Origin: Salinimicrobium terrae DSM 17865
Lineage (GTDB): Bacteria; Bacteroidota; Bacteroidia; Flavobacteriales; Flavobacteriaceae
NCBI RefSeq assembly: GCF_000424665.1
Contig: NZ_AUKI01000020.1
Span: 263,644 to 287,643 of the forward strand
DNA: 24,000 nucleotides
Direction of reading: 5' to 3'
Made by a program: the position numbers and the translations under genes. The notes under the pieces were generated by a model, which was not told the DNA's origin, made no database searches, and was given only the letters and a program-made list of their open reading frames with translations. Positions 11,097 to 18,490 of the stretch are shown one piece after another. Each line of letters opens with the position of its first letter. Positions within the stretch are counted from its first letter, which is position 1.

Positions 11097-11159
11097 ACGC
11101 AACCTTTTAAGAGTTTCTGCTCATATAAGTATAAGCAGTTCTAACTTAAAAGAAATAAA
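11097..11159 (+). repeat. Conserved leader, copy 1 (paralogous to 11648-11711)
   Basis: Roughly 80 percent identical to copy 2 in my hand alignment, ending at the ATG. The shared core is ACGCAACCTTTT..AGTTTC.GCTC.TA.AAGTATAAGCAG...TTAAAAGA. Confidence 0.7.
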
Positions 11160-11179
11160 ATGAAAAATTATTCTCACTT

Positions 11180-11548
11180 ATGTTCATTCTTCCATTACTT
11201 TCCTGCTCAATAGAGACAGATGGCCCTTTAGATCCGGGTATGCCGGGTGACTGGGTTCTTGTACAAACCTCCGGGCAGGTTAAAAATTCGGTACAAACCG
11301 GATCAGATATGCCTTTTCAGGAGGCATATACTTTAAATGCCGATGGAACCTTTACAAAAACAAGAATTCACGATGGAGAAGTATTAAAAGCAACAGGCAC
11401 ATATGAAATTTCTGAAACCAGCAACGAAATGCAGAGCCCGGAAGTAAATGTTTATGTTTACTTTCACCATGATAAACAAAGCATGTTAGTAGCTACATGC
11501 TACTCTTCTTCTTTGACTGAACATCTCTATCTTACTACCGATGTGTGA
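11180..11548 (+). CDS. Small putative lipoprotein (lipocalin-like size) whose signal peptide is disrupted by a 1-nt frame offset
   Basis: The ORF begins MFILPLLSCS, a lipobox with almost no n- or h-region. The ATG at 11160 followed by A5 is out of frame and stops after 17 codons. One extra A would give MKKLFSLMFILPLLSCS. Confidence 0.5.
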   Translation: MFILPLLSCSIETDGPLDPGMPGDWVLVQTSGQVKNSVQTGSDMPFQEAYTLNADGTFTKTRIHDGEVLKATGTYEISETSNEMQSPEVNVYVYFHHDKQSMLVATCYSSSLTEHLYLTTDV

Positions 11549-11647
11549 TGGGTTGGGTCTACAGTATGAAAAACTGGATTAGGAAAATAATTAATAAACC
11601 AACCATGAAAAGGTTTGTGGGGTAACTATCAAAATTGTTTTCGTTTG

Positions 11648-11711
11648 ACGCAACCTTTTTAAAGTTTCCGCTCTTAGAAGTATAAGCAGCTATAATTTAA
11701 AAGACCTAAAA
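11648..11711 (+). repeat. Conserved leader, copy 2
   Basis: See copy 1. It directly precedes the ATG at 11712. Confidence 0.7.
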
Positions 11712-12291
11712 ATGAAAAAATTACTCTTAATTTTGTTTATTCTTCCCTTTTTTTCATGTTCTGTTAATACAGAAGAAAAAAGCTGTTCAAAAAGAATCTT
11801 TTGAAGATAAATTCAGTTTATCACCTACCATTGCGGCCGTTTACTTTGGGAAAATGGGAGAGGGAAATGCTCTTGATAAAAAATTTGCTGGTAATTCAAA
11901 TCCTGGTGGGATCACTATAGCCTACGGCCTCTCCCTGGCTTATCAATTATCGGATAAGATTAAGATCCGCTCCGGGGTAAACAGCCTTAATCTCAGTTCC
12001 AAAACCAGGAATGTGGAAAATAACCTTGCAGGAAATGCCAGCGCATTAGAGGGAAATCCTGCTGGTAATATTCATTATTCCGCCGGATACGGAACTTTAG
12101 ATCAACAACTCGACTTTATTGAGATTCCTCTAGAACTGGAATTCGCTTTAATAGATAAGCAGGTGGGAGTAAGTTTAATTGCAGGTGCCAGTACATTTTT
12201 TCTTCAGGAGAATGAGGTTACCATAAGTACTGCCGGATTCACCGGTAGTTTAGGCCCTGCTAACAACCTGAATAACAGCCTTACTATTTAG
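11712..12291 (+). pseudogene. Outer-membrane beta-barrel lipoprotein gene, frameshifted at an A6 tract and apparently 3'-truncated
   Basis: The ATG at 11712 encodes MKKLLLILFILPFFSCSVNTEEK and then stops at 11802-11804. The adjacent frame is open from 11731 and continues as ...KAVQKESFEDKFSLSPTIAAVYFGKMGEGNALDKKF... to 12291. The switch point is the A6 run at 11776-11781. The product ends in ...NNLNNSLTI, without an OMP-type terminal strand or Phe. Confidence 0.55.
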
Positions 12292-12678
12292 GAATCTTTT
12301 CAAGGGTACGTTTTAAGTTCTAAAAGCTTTACTTGCTTTATTATCAAATTTAGAACAATAAAGATTTCTACAGTCGGTGCTCCTGTGGGGTGAAACTTGA
12401 TCATTTAAAGATAAAAAATTCCGAGGGAAAAATGGAATTATAAATCCTAATAAGGATATTTTATAACAATGATAAAATCTTTTTTTAATACCTTTTTATC
12501 TCTTGTTATTGCTTCACCATTTTATAAGGATTATCAATCAAATCCTGAGGAACCTCTATTAACCCAGAACTTATTTCCAATTAATTTCTAAATTAGATTT
12601 TAATAATTCTTTGCCACATTTGTTTTTCTTTAAAAAGAGATATGGTTGAAATAATTGATTTATAGAAGGTGGGGGTTT

Positions 12679-12754
12679 GTCGAGTAGGTAAAGGGGAATT
12701 TCACCCCTAAACCTCTCACAGAACCGTACGTGAATCTCTCAATTCATACGGCTC
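12679..12754 (-). ncRNA. Group II intron domains V and VI
   Basis: Domain V is GAGCCGTATGAATTGAGAGATTCACGTACGGTTC: 34 nt, with the AGC triad and an AC bulge, and its base is nearly identical to the yeast ai5gamma DV. Domain VI is GAGAGGTTTAGGGG-loop-CCCCTTTACCT[A]CTC, with the bulged A 7 nt from the 3' end. Confidence 0.9.
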
Positions 12755-12769
12755 CTCTCAGCCAAGACT

Positions 12770-14032
12770 TTAAGGTTTAAGCCCTGAATATTGCCAATGT
12801 TCAAACAGGTATGGTTCGAGCCTGCATATTTTCTGTAGATGTCGTAGCGCAAGGACCCACTGCTTCCGCTTGAACCTACGGTACTTATTACGTATCCATT
12901 TTATCAAGCGAATGTGCAATGTTCTAAATAGTTTCTTGAGGCCTCCCAGTCGAAATTTACCGTAGTAGTTTATCCATCCTCTGATTTTAGGCCGCAACAG
13001 AGATGCAATTTTGCTCAATGGGAACTGTACCATTTTATGGATGTTCATCCTGAAGAGCTCTTCATTTATCCTGTTGATGCTTTTCTGACTGATGGCAGGG
13101 GTAAAACCTAGTTTCATTATTCCCCTTATTTTAACTACTCTGGGTTTAAAGGTGTGACCCAGAAAATCGAACTTCTGAAATTTCACTTTAAACCTTGGTC
13201 TTTTCTTCTGATTTCTGCGACAGTACACTACTCTTGTCTTCTCCTGATTCACTTCCAGTTTACACTCTCTGAATCGTCTTTCGATTTCTTCAAGAAGTCG
13301 GTTAGCATGAGGCAAGTGGTAACAATGAACCACAATGTCATCAGCATAACGTTCAAACTGGATATCAGGATAGCGCTTTTGGATCCACTTGTCGAATACA
13401 ATATCCATAAAGATATTAGCTAATACAGGACTAATTACTCCGCCCTGTGGTGTGCCTTTACCATTCGGATTATGCAGCGTTCCATCAGATAATTGCACTG
13501 GAGCCTCCAGCCACCTTTTCACGTACAGCAAAATATGCTTCTCCTGTGTATGGTGCTGAACAGCTTTCAGTAGCAGTTCATGATCAATGTTGTCATAAAA
13601 TCCTTTTATGTCCAAATCAATGACCCAGCTATATCGTAAACAATTTATACGACATTGGCCTAAGGCATCATGTGCAGATTTCCTGGGACGATACCCAAAA
13701 CTGCTTGGACTAAAGGTGTGATCAACAATTGTGTTTAACTGCGATGCAATTACTTGTTGGGCAACCCGATCAACTACAGTGGGAATACCCAAAGGTCTCA
13801 TTTTACCTTTCCCTTTTGGGATTAGTACCTGTCGAACAGGTTTAGGGAAGTAACTCCCACTGGCCATCCTGTTCCATAATGGGTACAGATATTTCCGTGG
13901 TTGACTACTTACTGTTTCAATGGATAATCCATCTACTCCAGCACTCCCTTTGTTGGCTTTTATTCTCTTAAAAGCTTCATTTACCTGCAACCTGCTAATA
14001 GGTTGCGTCTTGTGTTCTTCATTAAAAATCAT
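12770..14032 (-). CDS. Group II intron reverse transcriptase/maturase with no endonuclease domain
   Basis: RT blocks are present (GSAGVDG, RPLGIPTVVDRVAQQ, FGYRPRKSAHDA, DLDIKGFYDNIDH, GTPQGGVISPVLANI, YADDIVV), followed by a maturase X region (RGWINYYG). The 420-aa product ends shortly after X. Confidence 0.95.
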   Translation of the reverse strand: MIFNEEHKTQPISRLQVNEAFKRIKANKGSAGVDGLSIETVSSQPRKYLYPLWNRMASGSYFPKPVRQVLIPKGKGKMRPLGIPTVVDRVAQQVIASQLNTIVDHTFSPSSFGYRPRKSAHDALGQCRINCLRYSWVIDLDIKGFYDNIDHELLLKAVQHHTQEKHILLYVKRWLEAPVQLSDGTLHNPNGKGTPQGGVISPVLANIFMDIVFDKWIQKRYPDIQFERYADDIVVHCYHLPHANRLLEEIERRFRECKLEVNQEKTRVVYCRRNQKKRPRFKVKFQKFDFLGHTFKPRVVKIRGIMKLGFTPAISQKSINRINEELFRMNIHKMVQFPLSKIASLLRPKIRGWINYYGKFRLGGLKKLFRTLHIRLIKWIRNKYRRFKRKQWVLALRHLQKICRLEPYLFEHWQYSGLKP

Positions 14033-14865
14033 CCTTAAATTACTTTAAGTTGTAATACAATAAATGAACATGCTTGAGTGAAGTCCTTCGCTCACAAGAT
14101 GATTAATCTTGTTCTCTGGAGTATTTTCGCTACTACGACTTCATCCGTCCCAATACCTAACGTCGCTACTTTCTGGTTTTTCCGCTTCGGGATTTTCACC
14201 ATTTTTGCTTCTCATTTAGATATTGGTTCTCCTGTTCCTTGATAATGCCTGAGTATGGTTCTTGCCTCCTATATGCCGGGTGTCGTATGGTCAGTAATCA
14301 GGTATCCACCATACTTAATCTATCGGAGCTGCTCTCTCCTCAATTTTGACACCGTAAAGGTCACTTTCGACACGTCCATAGAGGTTCACTTACGTTCAAC
14401 TCCCATACTCTCACCAGATCTTGTCGCTCAATACCTGTTCTCTTAAAACAAGCACCACAAGATGGTTTGAACAATACGCCTGAACATCTTGTTCGATAGG
14501 CCAACATTTTATGAAACGGTACCGTGAGACTTCTAACTTACCATCCAAAAATGGGGTTAGCTCGTTTCTGTTTCTACATAAAATTCTATCATCATTATCA
14601 AAGTTATGTTATCATTTCAATGAACTTTTTAGGTTCTATTGTACTCCCGTGATAACTCAGGACACACAGCAAGAGGAGAACACGCGGAGCGATGTTGTAA
14701 TGGTTCTCCCCCTTTGTTTATAGGACTTCGCATCTTTTACTTTCAAAGACTATTACTAATTTTGCGGCAAATGCTTTGGGAACCCTTATAAATAAAGAAT
14801 TTTTTGCGGCAAAAGTTACTAAAAGCCATTTTTAAAACTATTGTGGAGTTTATAGCCCTGGTATT

Positions 14866-14904
14866 ACAACATAATATTAGTTCGGAAGATCTAAGCTTGC
14901 AGCA
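14866..14904 (+). repeat. Unclassified short repeat, copy A
   Basis: ACAACATAATATTAGTTCGGAAGATCTAAGCTTGCAGCA matches copy B at 33 of 39 positions by hand alignment. Weaker similarity continues for about 20 nt. Confidence 0.55.
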
Positions 14905-14950
14905 TTGGCTGGACTTTCATTAAAGAAACAGGGGAATTATAAAAAATTGA

Positions 14951-15003
14951 CCCTCTCCTATAGAATTACAAAACTCACGATTGCAAAAAACCTATAGGGA
15001 GGG
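14951..15003 (-). terminator. Long-loop inverted repeat, possibly the terminator of the small ORF at 15161-15021
   Basis: CCCTCTCCTATAG ... CTATAGGGAGGG pairs over 12 bp with one bulge and a 28-nt spacer. On the minus strand it is followed by TCAATTTTTT. Confidence 0.35.
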
Positions 15004-15020
15004 ATTTTTCTGATTTAGGA

Positions 15021-15161
15021 TCAATAGAATAATATAGCATATAAAGCAAAAGAGATTGTACCCACTAGCAATACTAACCTAAAGATCCTTCTACAAGCTT
15101 TTAAAAAATTGGCTCTGCCGCCATTTTCAGTAGAAAAGATGTTCTCCCAGCTCTCGTCCAT
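15021..15161 (-). CDS. Candidate 46-aa small membrane protein, below the ORF-track cutoff
   Basis: My own translation gives MDESWENIFSTENGGRANFLKACRRIFRLVLLVGTISFALYAILFY with a TGA stop. It has a polar N-terminal half and one C-terminal TM-like helix, and an inverted repeat plus T-run lies just downstream. I see no independent support. Confidence 0.25.
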   Translation of the reverse strand: MDESWENIFSTENGGRANFLKACRRIFRLVLLVGTISFALYAILFY

Positions 15162-15380
15162 AATGAATTGTAGTTTTTACTGGAACAACAGAAGGCGCGC
15201 GCCTGCAATGCCAGTAGTTAGTTAATTCATAGTCATTAAATAGAATATTTATAATTTACTTAAAATTTTCTTAATAAAAAACATTAAATTACAGTATGAG
15301 AAATAGTTTACATGCTCATAAATTAAAAACCATTAGAATTTATTCCTCTTTGAAATTCTTCAAGAAATATCTGTGGCCTC

Positions 15381-15419
15381 ACAACATGGTATTAGTTCGG
15401 TAGATTTGGGCTTGCAGCA
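15381..15419 (+). repeat. Unclassified short repeat, copy B
   Basis: ACAACATGGTATTAGTTCGGTAGATTTGGGCTTGCAGCA. See copy A. Confidence 0.55.
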
Positions 15420-15548
15420 CTCCGCTGTGCTTCGTTCGCTTGTCTTATTTGACCAGTAGGACTACTCAGTTCCTCGAATGATATTTTCTTCCCCTGGTTA
15501 GAACTTTTCCCGGTTCACGAATTACGTCCACAACTAAAATAAAAAGTT

Positions 15549-16607
15549 TCAAGATTTCACTGCTTTAAGACCTCCTTTCAGGTTGTGCATCTTTTTTTCG
15601 GGAAAGAAAGCTTTTATTATAGAAGTAGCTTCCAAACTTCTCACTCCTGAGGCGCAGTACACCAGCAAATTATCTTCGGAAGCTAATTCGCTGTACCTTT
15701 TTTGTAGCTCCGGAAGGGGAATGTGGAATCCTCCGATATTGTGGATTGCCCGCTCTTTGGCCGTACGAACGTCTAATAACGAATAATTTTCCGGGGTAGA
15801 TTTATATTGCTCATAAGAAAGAGATTCCGAAATGCCAGTCCCGCAGGAAAAATTGATTTCTTTTAATTCCGTTACCACCACATCGGAATTTTTTGAAAAG
15901 GGCAGGATTTTGTTTTGCATCTCAAAAACATCAAAAAGGAGTAATTTCCCTGATAATACATTGCCAATCCCTAAGATTATTTTTAGCACTTCATTCGCCT
16001 GCAGGTTTCCGATGATTCCGGGTAAAATTCCCAAGACACCGACTTCGCTACAGGAAGGCATTTCTTCAGCAGAACCGGGTTCCGGAAAAAGACAGCGGTA
16101 AGTAGGTCCATTCTGGTAATTAAACACCGATACCTGTCCGTCGAACTTAAAAATGGAACCGAGAACCAGAGGCTTTTCAGTTAAAACAGCGGCGTCGTTG
16201 GTCAGGTATTTAGTGGTGAAATTGTCACTTCCCTCAACGATGATATCGTACTCCGAAAATAAATCGTATGCATTTTTCGCCGTCAATCTCTCATTATAAG
16301 CCACTATTTCTATCAAAGAATTCATCTCCTGAAGCCGGTTTTTGGCAGCAATTACTTTTGGCTCCCCTACGTTTTTTTCTGAAAACAGGATCTGCCGCTG
16401 TAAATTTGAACTTTCTACCAGATCATCATCTATTATTCCTATTTTTCCCACTCCGGCGGCAGCAAGATATTGTAAAACGGGGCATCCAAGTCCGCCGGCT
16501 CCTATCACCAGGACCTTTGCCTGCTTCAGTTTCAGTTGTCCTGCTTCACCGATTTCATCGAGAAGTATGTGCCGGAGATAGCGCTGCTTTTCTTTTTCTG
16601 TCAACAT
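15549..16607 (-). CDS. thiF: ThiF/MoeB-type adenylyltransferase fused to a C-terminal rhodanese domain
   Basis: It has RYLRHILL, the VLVIGAGGLGCP Rossmann motif and NLQRQ, plus a C-terminal rhodanese active-site loop, VYCASGVRS. It is the last gene of the thi operon. Confidence 0.85.
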   Translation of the reverse strand: MLTEKEKQRYLRHILLDEIGEAGQLKLKQAKVLVIGAGGLGCPVLQYLAAAGVGKIGIIDDDLVESSNLQRQILFSEKNVGEPKVIAAKNRLQEMNSLIEIVAYNERLTAKNAYDLFSEYDIIVEGSDNFTTKYLTNDAAVLTEKPLVLGSIFKFDGQVSVFNYQNGPTYRCLFPEPGSAEEMPSCSEVGVLGILPGIIGNLQANEVLKIILGIGNVLSGKLLLFDVFEMQNKILPFSKNSDVVVTELKEINFSCGTGISESLSYEQYKSTPENYSLLDVRTAKERAIHNIGGFHIPLPELQKRYSELASEDNLLVYCASGVRSLEATSIIKAFFPEKKMHNLKGGLKAVKS

Positions 16608-16608
16608 A

Positions 16609-17718
16609 TTACCAGCTTTTTTCCCAGTCCTTCCAGACAGGTTCTATCCCGGTTTCAGAAAGCATTTTTGCGATAAATTCTGTACTTCTTTCGTCGGAAA
16701 TTTCGAACTGCTCCAAAGATTGCGGCTCCACCACATAACCTCCGGGATTTGTTTTAGATTCTGCACTCATCGAAGTGATTCCCAGGTGAACGATATTGTT
16801 CCTGAAGATCTCACTTTCCCGGGTGGAAATAGACAATTCCACTTCTTCATCCAGTAATCTGTAAGCACAAATAACCTGAAGCAGGTCGGGATCTGTCATC
16901 TCCACTTTTGGTTCGAGTCCGCCACTGAAAGGCCGTAAGCGAGGAAATGAAATAGAGTACCTCGTTTTCCAGTAGGTCTTTTGCAGATATTTGAGATGTA
17001 AAGCAGTGAAAAAGCTATCGGCTCTCCAGTCTTCGAGTCCGAACAACGCACCAATTCCAATTTTATGGATTCCTGCTCTTCCTAGCCGGTCTGCAGTTTC
17101 CAGCCGATAATCGAAGTTCGACTTTTTTCCTTTCGGGTGATGGACCTTATAGGTTTCCCGATGATATGTTTCCTGATATACCAGTGTGGCATAAAGTCCG
17201 TTTTCTATCAGCTGTTCATATTCATCCTGATCTAACGGCTGAATTTCAATGGAAATATTAGAGAAATAGGGTCTCAATAGTTTAATCGCATTACACATGT
17301 AATCGACGCCCACAGTCTTGTTTGCCTCACCGGTTACGAGCAGAATATGGTCGTATCCTTTTGACTTTAAGAATTTGGCTTCCTTGATTATCTCTGCATA
17401 GCTCAACGTCTTTCTGGGGATTTTATTCGTCATACTGAACCCACAGTAGGTGCAAATATTTTGACATTCATTGCTCAGATACATGGGAGCATACATCTGC
17501 ATCGTATTTCCGAAGCGCTTTTTGGTGATCGTCTTGCTCTGCTGCGCCATTTCTTCCAGAAAAGGCTTTGCGGCAGGAGAGATGAGCGCTTTGAAATCTT
17601 CCAGATCCCTTTTTCTGTACTGCAGTGCAGAACGCACATCGGCTTCTGTTTTTGAGAAAATGCTCTGCAGCACCTCATCCCAGGAATATTCGCTTAAAGT
17701 ATCTTTGAAACTACTCAT
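16609..17718 (-). CDS. thiH: 2-iminoacetate synthase ThiH (radical SAM tyrosine lyase)
   Basis: A radical-SAM CxxxCxxC motif ([10 protein letters not shown]), a length of about 370 aa, and its position between thiG and thiF. Confidence 0.9.
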   Translation of the reverse strand: MSSFKDTLSEYSWDEVLQSIFSKTEADVRSALQYRKRDLEDFKALISPAAKPFLEEMAQQSKTITKKRFGNTMQMYAPMYLSNECQNICTYCGFSMTNKIPRKTLSYAEIIKEAKFLKSKGYDHILLVTGEANKTVGVDYMCNAIKLLRPYFSNISIEIQPLDQDEYEQLIENGLYATLVYQETYHRETYKVHHPKGKKSNFDYRLETADRLGRAGIHKIGIGALFGLEDWRADSFFTALHLKYLQKTYWKTRYSISFPRLRPFSGGLEPKVEMTDPDLLQVICAYRLLDEEVELSISTRESEIFRNNIVHLGITSMSAESKTNPGGYVVEPQSLEQFEISDERSTEFIAKMLSETGIEPVWKDWEKSW

Positions 17719-18490
17719 ATAGAAATTGTGTTAACGGACTACTTGCTTCGGCTTGTTGTCTTTGTGGAGCCAGTTTTGCGGTGTAGGCGATTCTTCCTGC
17801 TTCCACAGCGAGTTTAAAGGCTTTTGCTATTTCCACCGGATTGGGAGAAACTGCAATTGCCGTATTTACCAAAACAGCATCGGCGCCTATTTCCATAGCA
17901 TGTGCGGCGTGAGACGGACTCCCGATTCCCGCATCTATAATCACCGGCACGTTGCTTTGTTCAATGATGATCTCCAGGAAATCCAGTGTTTTTAGTCCTT
18001 TGTTGCTGCCAATAGGAGCACCCAGAGGCATTACACACTGCGCGCCCACTTCTTCAAGCCGCTTGCACAAAACCGGATCGGCATGGATGTAGGGCATTAC
18101 CACAAACCCCATTTTTACCAGTTCTTCGCAGGCTTTTAAAGTCTCTATAGGGTCCGGAAGTAAATATTTGGGATCGGGATGAATTTCCACTTTCACCCAA
18201 TTCGTTTCCAGTGCTTCTCTGGCCATTTGGGCAGCAAATAGAGCTTCTTTGGCATCTCGCACGCCCGAAGTATTGGGTAGAAGACTGATGTAAGGATCTT
18301 TTAAGGAAGAAATCATTTGGTCGTCGTCATTTCCCGGTTCCACTCTTTTTAAAGCCACCGTCACCAGTTCACTTTGAGAAGCTAAGATCGCCTGTTGCAT
18401 TACTTCTGAAGAACTGAATTTTCCTGTTCCCGTAAACAAACGGGAAGAAAAGGTTTTGTCTGCTATTTTTAATTGATCTGTGTTGCTCAT
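17711..18490 (-). CDS. thiG: Thiazole synthase ThiG
   Basis: [25 protein letters not shown] and [11 protein letters not shown] motifs. It overlaps thiH by 8 nt. Confidence 0.95.
   Translation of the reverse strand: MSNTDQLKIADKTFSSRLFTGTGKFSSSEVMQQAILASQSELVTVALKRVEPGNDDDQMISSLKDPYISLLPNTSGVRDAKEALFAAQMAREALETNWVKVEIHPDPKYLLPDPIETLKACEELVKMGFVVMPYIHADPVLCKRLEEVGAQCVMPLGAPIGSNKGLKTLDFLEIIIEQSNVPVIIDAGIGSPSHAAHAMEIGADAVLVNTAIAVSPNPVEIAKAFKLAVEAGRIAYTAKLAPQRQQAEASSPLTQFLYE

Larger units (their letters stand above)
12679..14667 (-). mobile_element. Group II intron, apparently complete, about 1,989 nt, with an ORF in domain IV
   Basis: On the minus strand the 5' end is GTGTG (14667-14663), followed by TCCTGAG, which can pair with CTCAGG about 410 nt further in. 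The RT ORF lies at 14032-12770, domain V at 12754-12721, and domain VI has a bulged A at 12685. The intron ends ...CTCGAC at 12679. Confidence 0.8.

Noticed and set aside
11114-11142. A hairpin in leader copy 1 (CTGCTCATA-taag-TATAAGCAG) as a conserved RNA structure
   Set aside because: The substitutions in copy 2 (CCGCTCTTA...) disrupt the pairing instead of compensating for it. The conservation is therefore better explained by recent duplication or a DNA-level signal.
13154-13423. An 89-aa plus-strand ORF
   Set aside because: It is antisense to the RT/maturase coding region.
14205-14232. GGAGAAC and AGCAA in the intron as EBS2/EBS1 pairing with the exon's GTTCTCC...TTGCT
   Set aside because: They lie at intron positions of about 436-463, after the candidate domain I closing helix (TCCTGAG/CTCAGG at about 415-420), and are only 16 nt apart. 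That does not fit the usual EBS placement. The match may simply reflect the exon hairpin's own self-complementarity.
12679-14667. Assignment of the intron to bacterial class C (terminator-targeting)
   Set aside because: The insertion just after a stem-loop suggested class C. However, domain V is the full 34-nt IIB-type hairpin rather than the shortened class C form, and the upstream hairpin has a 21-nt loop and no U-tract. I leave the class undetermined.
14255-14723. Plus-strand ORFs of 63 and 70 aa
   Set aside because: They lie antisense to domains I-III of the group II intron RNA and across its 5' junction, and show no protein-like features.
14841-14875. The reverse complement GTTGTAATACCAGGGCTATAAACTCCACAA resembles a Bacteroidota CRISPR direct repeat (GTTG...ACAA)
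   Set aside because: There is only one occurrence, with no regularly spaced copies or spacers and no cas genes in the window.
15194-15203. A GGCGCGCGCC palindrome that stands out in AT-rich DNA
   Set aside because: It is a single 10-bp GC palindrome with no partner site or adjacent feature, so there is not enough to assign a function.
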